DNA of 62,335 nucleotides, the filler included, from Choristocarpus tenellus KU-1152 (taxonomy: Eukaryota > Protista > Phaeophyceae), in assembly GCA_964200185.2 (NCBI GenBank). It is 9 parts of 9 records of this genome, joined end to end, with 100 filler letters (N's around TTAATTAATTAA, not from the genome) between each part and the next. Parts side by side here need not be neighbours in the genome. Positions count along the whole stretch, not along the records: positions 46,809 to 51,764 come from CAXNAD020012388.1; positions 51,865 to 62,335 come from CAXNAD020002909.1; 7 more parts are not named here. One strand, 5' to 3'. Both the position numbers and the translations under genes were made by a program. Of this stretch, positions 51,544 to 62,335 are shown in pieces (position 1 is the stretch's first letter; each line of letters starts with the position of its first letter). The notes under the pieces were generated by a model, which had not been told where the DNA came from, searched no databases, and saw only the letters and a list, made by a program, of their open reading frames with translations.

Positions 51544-52369
51544 CTAGAAAGAAAGGGAAACATATATTTTTGCAAGTATGAGAAGTGTGGACTGCATAGT
51601 GGAGAGGGGAAGGCAGACAGATCTGTACACCATACTCAACAAAAGGTAAGAGTACTGTGAACTGCTCCAAGAGTACATATATGGTCATACGTACGTTTTA
51701 CTCTGAATTACAGCTGAACAGCTACAGTCCTTGGCAGGTTTGACCCAAAGTATCTGGGAGGGGGNNNNNNNNNNNNNNNNNNNNNNNNNNNNNNNNNNNN
51801 NNNNNNNNTTAATTAATTAANNNNNNNNNNNNNNNNNNNNNNNNNNNNNNNNNNNNNNNNNNNNCTATTCCTGTGCCCCTGGGGGGGGAGCTAAGGAAGC
51901 ATCCCAAGAATCCAACGTTGGATTCACCTCACATGTAATAGGATAATATTTTTTTTCGACCTTACGTGGAACTTAGTATAACCTTCACTCACAAAAGTGC
52001 ATTGAAAGAGTCCTTTTAACTACAAATATTTTCATGCATTCTTCCATCGCGCGCCGTAATTTTTCCTTTGCCACATTATTTTATTTTATTATTATGCCCT
52101 CTGACATTTTGCAGATGATGTGATAACAATTGCCATATGATAATAACATATTCATATAAGTTGTCATAATTCAACGTAATGTTGACACACAGTTCCCCAT
52201 TTTGTTTTGGTTCTTTTCTGGTATCCTTGCAACACTTGGCACCACTTCTATGACAAGAGGCTCCTTCATCCCCTCTTCGAACTCCAACGAACAGGTGAAA
52301 CCACCAAGTCACTCTTTTAGGAAAAGGTAGGGGTAAAAGGGGGGTGGGGGACGAGAGGGGGGAGGTCCA

Positions 52370-54464
52370 ATGGCGTGCCTTTTGATGTACTTTCTTGTGA
52401 CTGTGGGGGTGATAGTGGTGGCTGCAGTGGCACACAGACGGCGGAAGATCAGGCACGAGATAAGGTTATGCTTTGGTCGGCTGGAGCTAGTTGGCTTTAA
52501 AAGGTAAGTTGGCCTCAATACGGTGCATGTCATATAAGTCGACTCCGCTGCAACCTTGATGCCCGTCATGATTGATTCCATGTCACCAACACCTGGTCTC
52601 CATGTGAACGCGACACAGTGACAAGAAGCTTCACTTGTTCGAGGTATCACAACCGCTGTCCCTATCTCCTACCCATAAGCCGTTCAAGAATGGAGTCGTC
52701 TTGATAGGAGGATTCGGCGATAACCCCGCCATGTGGAGTCCCCTGGCCTCTCACCTGTCACAAGAAGGATGGTATTACCTCGCTCCACGCACTCCAGGAT
52801 GGGGTCGGACAGACTTCGATGAAGCTAACCGAACCACCTGGGTCGAGTGAGTGTGCTTGTATGTACATATGGAATAGACGAGGAGTTAGATATAAAGGCG
52901 TTGGGAAAGCGCCAGAGTCTTACGTAAATGTTAAGAGTCTTCCGAGAGAATTTCTACCTCTTTCGGGTTGCACTTGAACTTGTTGCTGATTGCATTTGAG
53001 GTTATGATCTATACCAGTTGGGATAGGGTGCAAGTATCGCATGGTATGTATGGTGAAGTGTGCTGTAGAACATGAACAGTGTAGCCTATTTTTTGCCCTG
53101 TGCATTTTCAATTTTCCACCTGCTCCCTTGTCTCTAATCCGACGCTTTAAGGTGGGTTGTGGCATGCAGGGATGCATTGGTTGCCGTGCAGAATCTATGC
53201 GACCGGGTTACAGTTTTGGGGCACAGTACAGGGGCGCTTATGGCCGCCTATGTGGCAGAGACGTGCAGCGTGGATCGCCTCATCTTCTCGGGACCGAACT
53301 TCCTATCAAACCCAAACGATGAGTGGTGGGTATACGTAACTATTCCGTTGTTTCCAAATTCTTGTAATTACCACAGCACTTGTTCACGTAGAGAAATCTA
53401 TCCACGTCCTCTTATGTGCATCTTGAACATGTTGTCCTTGGTGTTGATTTGTATTCACCTTTCGAATTTTCTTCTGTATCAACAAATGTTGGGCACCCAT
53501 TACAACCTCTAGAGTTTGAGGTTCTACGCTTTGAGACAAATGGTTATAAACAGAAGTATAGTTCTTATTGAGGGCTCAAAAGAATTGCGTCGGTAATGCA
53601 CTGTACATGAACGGTTACAAATGTGAAGTACGTACATGCCTAGCTACCTAAGACAAATCACAACTATTTGCTTCAATCCGTGTGATTGCAACGAAATAGA
53701 TAAACATTCAACTATTTTATCCTTTGCTGAGTGCTGTAGAGTAAGACAATCACAAACATGATCCTGCCCTGCTTCCTTCTGTATTCAGGGCTAAGAGACT
53801 TCTAGTGCGACCGGTAATTGGGCCATTGGTGGCTAAGTACCTGGGGTTGGTGGTGAAGAAGAAGCGGGAAGGTCGTCCCATTGACTCCTTGAACGTGGCG
53901 GCGTACGAGGGCGCCTTTTACCTCACGTGTTTCCCAGTTGCTGCCCTTCGGCAAATGTGGTTGCTCCAGGTGGGTTGTCAGTTGAAGAGGTGGAATGAAG
54001 GGGGTAACGATGATTGGCATTTTCAGACCAGTTGTACCTCTTAATCTTAAGCCACTGAGCTGCAGTTAGGTGCACTTGCTCACACAGTCTCATACACACC
54101 TCAGTCTGCTGTTGACTAATATTTGTGTTATCCCATCCCCCCTCCCCTCCTTACCCACTCTCTCCCCCAATCTACACCTGCCCCACAGGACCAGCTTTCT
54201 CGCCCGTGGAAGGTGAAGGAAGAGGTGATAATGCTGATGGGGGACCATGACCAGTCTGTGGCCCCTCTTCCCAGGCAGGTGCCTGTTATCAGGAAGTTTG
54301 TGCCATCTGGAGTGAACTTCTGTTCGTGCCGAGTGGCAAATGCTGCCCATGGCCTCCCCACTGAGACCCAACCAATTGTTGATATCTTGGCAGGCGTGGT
54401 GATGGAGCAAAAGGGGGTGTTGGAGAAGCTGCAGAGAGTCGGTTCTGTTGAGAATGGTCACTGA
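52370..54464 (+). CDS. Alpha/beta-hydrolase (carboxylesterase / monoacylglycerol-lipase-like) with N-terminal membrane anchor, 5 exons
   Basis: N-terminal hydrophobic helix followed by basic residues; oxyanion region VVLIGGFGDNP..W; APRTPGWG; nucleophile elbow VLGHSTGA; catalytic Asp in MGDHDQSV; catalytic His in NAAHGL. Exons are GT-AG bounded. Confidence 0.88.
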
Positions 54465-56305
54465 GAAGTGACAGGAGAGTGGAATTTCCCCCCCAAAAGG
54501 TTGCTGCCTTTTGGGGGGTGGACATAACCTCTTTCTCACTCGCGCACCTAATCTCCACCCCCACGTTTGTTGACCTTGTTCCCACCACCTGGCTTGAGCA
54601 ATTTCTGGTGTTGTGAGAAGCTGCTGCAAGGGGGGCAGGATTTAGTAGGGTTGTTGCCAGTCCTGTATGAGGGATCGATGTATCAAGCTGTTTGGCTGGA
54701 GACAAGAACACTGGAAGAGGGTGGAGCTCCCGTACAGCAGTGTGAGAGAGATTGTGCATATGAAATGTAAATCATGACACCTGTGTTGTCCCTCTCTCCG
54801 GGACCTCTTGGATATTCTGCCCAGAGTTGTTCTTTTCGGGGGGGGAGGGTTGTGGGGATGTTAGGGAGCAGTAAACTAGAGATTGCTGATGGTAGTAGCT
54901 GTACAGGGTGCTGTGGTGTGTTTGGGTTGCTCCTTGTGCACTGTGGCTGATGCATTTTATGTTGTTTCCTACACGGGGAAGAGTGGTTTACATAGTCTTT
55001 GCGCACGGAGTTTTGGTGTAAACTAGTTGGGATTGCACAAGTTATTATATTGATTGATGTGTTAGCCAGAGTTGTTAATTGTTCAGATCTTGTTCTGTGG
55101 GGGAGTGAGAACTGTCGAGCTGACTGCCCAGCAGCTTTTCTACTATCTTGTGTATGAGGTTTGCTCAGCTTGGTTATTGGAGGTTTTAAATACTGTCCAT
55201 AAGCTGTGTGCCTATTGCAGATTGCCGAGAGTGATCCTGGTGCCTAAAAGGGAGCGATAGCAGCATTTATATTTATGAAGTATATATTATTATCTTTGAA
55301 TATAGAGATTGATATATATACACATATGTACAATGTAGACTACACCTTTGGCACCAGTGTGATCTGTGCTCTGCAGGAAGGGGTTGGTTGATTTGTGTGG
55401 GTGGTGCACTCTTGAGACGTTTGTGGTTCAACTTGGGGTTGCGGTGTTGGTAAGTAGTGAGCTTGAGCTGTGTTCAGTTCATGTATGGCTCAACTCTGTA
55501 TTTTTATATATATCATGTGTTTGGTGTAGCTACTTGATGTGATTAGAATCTGTAAGGCATATTGCCGATGTGCAAAGGTAGTAAGCAAGGCTCCAGCACT
55601 GTTGGCATCTCATAGTTTGACACACTTTGCCACCAATATTGTACCTAATTATGTTGATTTGGGTGGGGTGGGGGCGGTTGTGTGTTCAATTTTGTGAGCT
55701 CAAGAGTATTGGTGTACTTGGTTGAATCCGGGTCTGCGTGAGCACAGATGACTTGGCAAGGTGAAGAAATGCCAAGCTGATGTGAAGTGTGTCACCATAT
55801 ATTATTCTCTTTTGCATACTCTCATTGGGATGTATTCTTTCACACTAGGGCTTTATTGGACTCGGAACCTTGTTATATCTCTATGCTACTGTTGACAATG
55901 GGTACGAAACCCCCTTTGGCTACCGTGAAGATAATAATAATAATAATAATAGTGATAATGATATTATTTTCTGGTGTAGAATGAGCTCAGAGGCACTGCA
56001 TTAATACCCAGGTTCGATTCCCACGTGGAGCTCATTAACTCGACACCCCTTTATAATACTTGTTTCACCATTTCATCTTTCAATATCCTCTCTCTTCTAT
56101 ACCACGCACTCATTGTATTTCTCGAATGCTGTGTATTGTGTAATGCCTTCTTCTGACCACATTTCTACCGGGGGTCTGGGACCCCTCAGAGACCCGTACT
56201 CCCTACTGCCGGTGATGAAAATGTTTCTTCACACAACGTTGACTTACATGCTATTCATGATGTGAAGTGTATGATAGTGACAGATTTTTTAATCCTCCTC
56301 GTTAC

Positions 56306-57810
56306 CATGCGGAGCCCTGCTGTAGATAGTGGTTCCCTGATACCCAGCTTGGCTCTGGGAGGGGTCCTCTTGTGGAGGACCCTCTTGGAACAGCCATGTC
56401 CGTTCTTTCTCTGCCCTTTCACTTCAAATGCTGATTTCATTACTATTCCTTCTTTCTCTTCTTGTAGCAATGATTGCATACAACTCTCTCTACTTAGGCC
56501 AGAATATACAAGTAGCACTCAACTTATGACTTGATTGGCTGATCAATGACTTGCTTGCAATGGATCCTAAAGTTGATCTAGTGCTATGCCATTGTGCTCA
56601 GTACATTCCATGAACACCCACCTGCAAGGTCCCCAGGTTGTCTCCCTAGATCGGACTGTAGTAACTAGTCTGACATGCTATGTTCCAGGCAAGAATAACA
56701 CATACTTCAAAGTATAATGTTATTTGTGTTCATCATGCTGCATAAAAGGAGAACTTGATCGTCTGCCAGCATTTTGATCGACTGAGTTTTTGTTTTGTTT
56801 TGTGGGACTGAGTGTCAGTGTGCTACTTTCCCTCCATCTCCTCACATGTGGTCTGTGTTCTCAACTTAATCACAATAGTATCAGTCTATTTTGTTTGAAA
56901 GAAACGTAACTGTAAGTGTCTGCGATTTTTGGGGGGTGGGAATTAGGAGCAAGAAACGGCAACAATGACGGTGAGGTCAACTGGATGCACGACACCAAGT
57001 CATACACAGTGCACTGCTACTACTACTCTTGCTGCCACAACAAAGTGTGTAACATTGGAAACAGTAGGTACAATGTTGTATGATACTCTGGAGTATATAT
57101 ACATTTTAACTATAATAAACAATTGGCATCACGATGATGTTAGTTGGAGGTACAAATTTGTAGTAAACATCAACACAGAAATTTGAGGTTGGAAGGCCAT
57201 CATCAAATCCTGGTGGTGGTAGTGCTCTATAGACTGTTATACTCCAGTTTTTTTATCGGTATGATGGTTCTACTCAACCACAATTCTCAAGCAATGTTGC
57301 TAATTGATTGAGGACTCCTTTTATTTGCTGCATTTATTTGATCTTGGGGAAACTCACCCACCATATATATATTCTTTTCTAAATCGAGTTTCAGTATGAG
57401 TCACCAAAGTATCCTAGAGGGGAATGGATTTTGGGCATTCAGTATGTATGTGTGAGATACAAGTATCTCATCATACACTCCAGAGCATGCTTCACAATCA
57501 ATACCATCGCAAGATTTGGGCATTGCCTGATGGTGATAGTTTGCCTCAAGTTTGCCACCACATACATAGGCATGTATGTGCACATGATAGTAACAACCAA
57601 AATGATCACCAGCACCAGTAATTAATTGCACGCCTCCACTCTAACCCTAACCCCAACCCCTGTAGGAAATTCAAATTCCTCCGAGCCAAACCACAAGCTG
57701 GACCATTTCAAATCTTTGGTCTGGTTATATGGGAGCACAATAAAACTAAGTTCCACTTCCTTCAAGATACTGGCGAGGAACGATCGATCATTATACCGGA
57801 GTCCCTGATT
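56306..57810 (-). CDS. Three phase-compatible exons of a hypothetical protein
   Basis: 57658-57810 (NQGLRYNDRSFLASILKEVELSF...LKWSSLWFGSEEFEFPTG), 57358-57413 (DTLVTHTETRFRKEYIYGG) and 56306-56489 (ESCMQSLLQEEKEG...AGLRM) splice in frame through AG/GT sites. No recognised domain. Confidence 0.4.
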
Positions 57811-59327
57811 CTAAAAAGCTGTGGCACATATACCTGTAATGGCTAGGTCCTCATGCATAACTTCCAAGTATGCATACATGCATACAGAGATGGTGGCATG
57901 CACTTCACTCTACCATGCACTAACATAAGTACATTCTTCCTTCACAACGATCTCTTCCCGATAATTCCATCCGAGAAATTGCTCCGAAATTGAGCCTGCG
58001 CCACAATGGGTCGCGTAAGTTACCACAACTCAAGTTCCCGCCAAGACTACGTCAACTTGATTTCCATTTTGACGGATACGATGATGGGCCTAGTAGATAG
58101 TATGGGCCAATGAGGTCCCAATCTCTCATGCCCTTCTTGTACTGTTGGGATGCAATGAACTACACCAAAAGCGCAAAGATCGCACCAGGAGATGGAGAGA
58201 TCCACACGGTGGAGGTAATGGAAGCTGGGGACTCAATATTTTTCTTGCAATGCTTTCTCCTTCTCTCTGTGCTGCCGGCCTTCCTGTTTCTCTTGCATGG
58301 AGAAAAAGCAGGGAGTGCACCCATGTACCACCACAAAACTCCAAAGAGTAGTCATCACTTGTGATCCTTGGCAGAGTGGTACCGATAACGTAATTGAAGT
58401 TATGCTTCCACCCACAGAGCGCCAACCATCTCACACACGACCCAGCACCATATCCAGAGTCCTTAACAGGATAGTTCTGCCTGTTCTATCCCAAGTCACA
58501 TTGTGGAAGTACCTCAGAGAATCTAGATGTGAAGCACAATATCGGATTAGAGCATTGCTTTCAAGAGAAATCGTGTCCAACCTACACTTGTTCCTCCAAG
58601 AAAACCGCCAAAAACAATTCAGACAAAATTTCCTGTTTCCAGACCACACCTCAAAACCACGTTTTAAAAAAAAACAACACCCGGAAGTGTATGCATGGTT
58701 GATATCAACATCGCATACTCATTTGCCACACACACACCACAATAATGTAGCATTGAACCCAGTTGGCAGACAAAAACTCACAGACATGAAGATAGATGAG
58801 CAGAGACACACTCAGATACAGAGATGCACATCAAACACAACATGTGTTCACATGCATCAAGACCCAAAGGTGCAAAACAAACACGCCATCCTATCTTAGG
58901 AGGTCGGTATGTTCAGGTTCTCTAAAACCTCCCGTCAAACACTCCGTTCCCATGCCTCCAATGCAGCTAACTCCCCTGTTTCAGAGACTGTGACTACAAA
59001 GGAGGAACCAAGCATTCATCCACATGATCCCGAAATTGTCCTTGAGAGTGCTAGAAGCACTCTTGCCAGCCACAACGACCTCAAATAATCATCAACACCC
59101 CTCTCTTAAGACAGGAAGGGAACACTATTTCCGACCAAGTCCATACCCTGCCTCATCCCCCTCCCTCCACACAGCAAGGGGAGTCTTAATCACTGGGGAG
59201 AGCCCAAGAGGCGACCTCACAAAGAAACATCCAACAACACGTGAGCAGGACAAGAGAAGAGGCAAGCCTTCACGCCCTGAACTCACAAAGTAATGGGTTG
59301 AGAAGCAGACTTTCTCATAATCAGTGA

Positions 59328-61545
59328 TCAGTCAATCACCACAGACCACGGGTGCTCCACCCGTCCGTACTGAATGTCGGTCAGGGTATCAAACACACGC
59401 TTGGTTAGATGGCCCACGCTGTCACCTGATGCAACCTCCACATCTTTCCCCTGGTAGCTGATGGCCTTCACAGGGGACACAACCGCTGCTGTGCCTGAGG
59501 CAAATACTTCTAGAAGCTGTGGTACACACACAGACACACAGACGCAGACACACAAAATCGTCGATTCAGATCAAGGCTTAGGTGGGGCATTGGGTCGGCC
59601 ATGAAAGGAATGGACGGATGTACTTTTTCGAGGGGGCAACAAAGGGCACAAATCTCATCGTAGCAGAGCTCATTTATGAAAGGAAATGATGTAGTAGGAC
59701 ACAGTAGGTGAGAACAAGAAGAAAAACTTCCCTTTAGAAGGAAGAAAAAAAAAAGATCCAGGAAAGTAAGGGAGATCAGCCAATCAGAGGCAGTGGTATT
59801 GTGTGAGGAGGGCACACATCTGTGACCCAACCATCGCTGGTCTCAGGTTGAAGGTACGGGGGGGAAGAAGCAGAGGAAGGTTTATCACTTGTATTTTGAG
59901 CTTGTGATTATGATAACTTCTCAACCAGCTGGCACATTGCCTCGAGGAGTACTAGCACATCTCAGCACATGAACTGCACTAAAGGCGATAGTAAAAACGG
60001 TCATTTTCATGCATTCAAGGGGAGATACGAATTAGGGTTAAGGCGCTAGGGGGGAGGGAGGGAGGGAGGGAGGGGAGAATATGAAAGCAAAAAAAAGTCA
60101 GGGATAATGAGGTGGGGGGATTTGGGGTAGAGACAGAATGGTTCCTGAAAACAACTGATGCAGTCCCTTCTCACCCTGCCATTATCGGCTGCTTCGACCA
60201 CCTCACGCATAGACAGTGCTCGCTCAGACACTTCAAATTCCCCCCACTCTTGTGCTAGCTCCAGAATGGACCTGCGAGTCACACCTGTGGCGAGGGTTAG
60301 GGATGAGAACAGATGAGGGGGGGCAAGGATGGGAAAGGGGCGTTCAGCGCTTGCAATGGCCAATGGGCACGAGGGACATTTCGGTTACTGTTTGTGCAAG
60401 TTCGGAGGGCAGAGAGAGAGAGAGATGGGAGGAGATTAGAGCCATGAGTATATACTCTACCAACACCTTGTTGATCGCATGGGGTAGACTAAGTGAGGTA
60501 GTACAAACTGTAGGTACTGTGTGCGGTGATTTCAACACTGCTGCCCATCAGCCCCCTCAAATCAGGCCTCAGATACACCAAAAAACCTATTTGCTTATCG
60601 ATCGAGAATCCAAATACTGTCATGAGCTCATTGAGCCCGAGACAAGCATAGAGTACTTCATGAGAGCATCGTGGAGGTGGCCTATACCCATGAGACCGTT
60701 AGGACCAGATGCACGGACTAGATGCCTACTCTCCTACTCCATAATCCATTGTATAGCTTCCCATGCAAACTAGTAAACTAGACTCTGGTCTCCCCTGCCC
60801 GTTCATCCTCCACTATGCCATCATAGACTATTGGCAAACCTGGGAGGATATCTCCTCTATCGAGGGGAGAGGTGACTAGCTCCTTGCTTCCATCGTCCTT
60901 TTCCAAGAGGAAGAAAATGTTCATAGCTCCCACTTCCGTCACCAGATGGTCCTCCCCAAAGAGCCAAAGGATCTAAAACAGAGGGGGCCACAAGAGTACA
61001 TGATGCCGAGATAGACATAATTCCATGCACGCGAAGTACACCCAGAGCTCAACCCCGAGCTGACATCTAAGCATGGCAAACAAGTCTAAGCCATTGTGCA
61101 GGGGTGAATCCATGTTTGCACACTTACCCCTTTGCCCTCCTGCTCTTCGCTTCAGAATATTGATTGGAGGAGGGGGGGGGGGGAATGGAAGAGACATGCC
61201 ACAACTCTCATGAAACCCAGCTACAGGTTCACACTTAGGATTCCAGAGCCTATCTGTCCACCTGCTACAACCAAAAAAAATGAAACACACCCCCCTCCCC
61301 CTCAGACAAACAAGAAAAACTCATTTTTTTTGCCCTTTGGTACCCTGTTCTGATAGCTGAGGGATGGGGACAATAATATGAGATACAAGATTTACCTGAG
61401 AACAGCCCTTTTCCTTCATGGCCTCCATCTGAGGCAAGATGGTCGGGGCATAGTTTCCTCCTGTCTTGGTGTAGCCGATTCCCCCGGGCCATGCCCTGAC
61501 ATTCTCAGTGTCTGCATACAGCTTAACAGGATTGAACCCTTCATT
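59328..61545 (-). CDS. BCAT: Branched-chain amino acid aminotransferase (PLP class IV), 3' four exons; 5' part outside window
   Basis: [24 protein letters not shown] (PLP-binding Lys), [43 protein letters not shown]...VSER and [16 protein letters not shown]...[14 protein letters not shown] are all BCAT motifs. Confidence 0.95.
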
Positions 61546-62267
61546 CTGTGAATTGGCAGCAGTGGTTCCCGATGTGAAGGGGTGAAGGGATGAAGGGGAG
61601 AAGTAGAGCGGAGGAGGAGGGGACGTGTCAGTAAGGATGATTACCCATAGCACGCAATGATTCGTTCACCAACAAGGCACGATCAAAACTCTATAGATGA
61701 CTGCTGCATTTCGGGTGGGGGGTGTAAGGGGGGGGGGGGGGGGGGGGGGGAGAATTTGCTTGCCCAAAGAAAATTTCAAGCACGTTGACCACAGGAGGGT
61801 GAATACACTCCTTCCTTGGCAAGTGAACAATATCCCCCCAACCCCAACATTCTCAACAAGCAGTTTCACTAATGGTACTGAAAATGTAGAAATAGCAACC
61901 ATTACTCTAGTCCAGGAGGTACTCCTTCTCAACAGGAAAGCCTGCTAACCTGCACTATTGCAATCCCATTAGCGAATAGCTATCATCAATGACCTATGGG
62001 AGCGCCCAGGAGCGCCCAGACACGAGCACACACAGCTACAGCGATTGTAATTCAGACAAGAATCCCTTAAGCTTGCAATACAACAAAGTGCCACCATAAA
62101 CAAGGAGGTGAGGTTTTACTGTGGAGGGAGAGTTCTCTCACACCCCTATGTAAGAGTCACATTATACTTCACAGTAAAACCTTACCTCACATTTCAAAGA
62201 TAGAACACCCAGATGAGTCAACCGTCAGATCGAGGCCCCTTGTCTCATCCCTCACACTCCATCCCCA

Positions 62268-62300
<33 letters not shown>

Positions 62301-62335
62301 ACCAATTTTTTCTTCCCTCCGCCCACAAACAAACA

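Noticed and set aside
55972-56036. Functional tRNA gene
   Set aside because: Only the T-loop/B-box is recognisable; no consistent D-arm, anticodon arm or acceptor stem.
57641-57660. Telomere (CCCTAA repeats; also 15298-15311)
   Set aside because: Only about two units, internal, with no array.
57940-58060. Selenoprotein (in-frame TGA before VVVTYATHCG)
   Set aside because: The TGA is not in a CxxU/UxxC context, the exon is unproven and no SECIS was identified.
58297-58899. 200-aa plus-strand ORF
   Set aside because: No domain, composition typical of antisense non-coding DNA, and it lies downstream of BCAT on the opposite strand.
59480-59517. [13 protein letters not shown] variant as a sign of altered function
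   Set aside because: A single conservative Gly-to-Ala change; the PLP lysine and other motifs are intact.

Overview
Eukaryotic, intron-rich nuclear scaffold, not prokaryotic. It consists of nine contigs joined by eight artificial 100-nt spacers (44 N + TTAATTAATTAA + 44 N). An EsV-1-7 zinc-binding repeat and the gene style suggest a stramenopile, probably a brown alga or close relative (inference). Well-supported spliced genes: eIF2B delta (-), head-to-head with gamma-secretase subunit PEN-2 (+); mitochondrial inner-membrane peptidase IMP1-like (+); an EsV-1-7-domain protein (+, partial); an EF-hand protein (-) head-to-head with an SDS22-type LRR protein (+); a WD40 protein (-, partial); an alpha/beta-hydrolase with an intact Ser-Asp-His triad (+); and the 3' part of a branched-chain aminotransferase (-). 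A cupin-fold protein (-) is less certain. The transposon-rich part holds a 3.57-kb degenerate Copia LTR element (230-bp LTRs, ACGTC target-site duplication, no recognisable integrase, non-canonical PBS) inserted into an RLE-type non-LTR retrotransposon. It also holds two MITE subfamilies that share a terminal motif, form chimeras and flank six of the eight gaps, plus a hairpin repeat family, a 31-bp minisatellite and several TE relics. CpG is strongly depleted in TEs and gene bodies but retained at gene 5' ends. I did not find a convincing novel multi-gene system; the best leads are the CpG landscape, the Copia PBS and nesting, the MITE chimeras and the EsV-1-7 gene. Exon models were built by eye and need RNA-seq confirmation.
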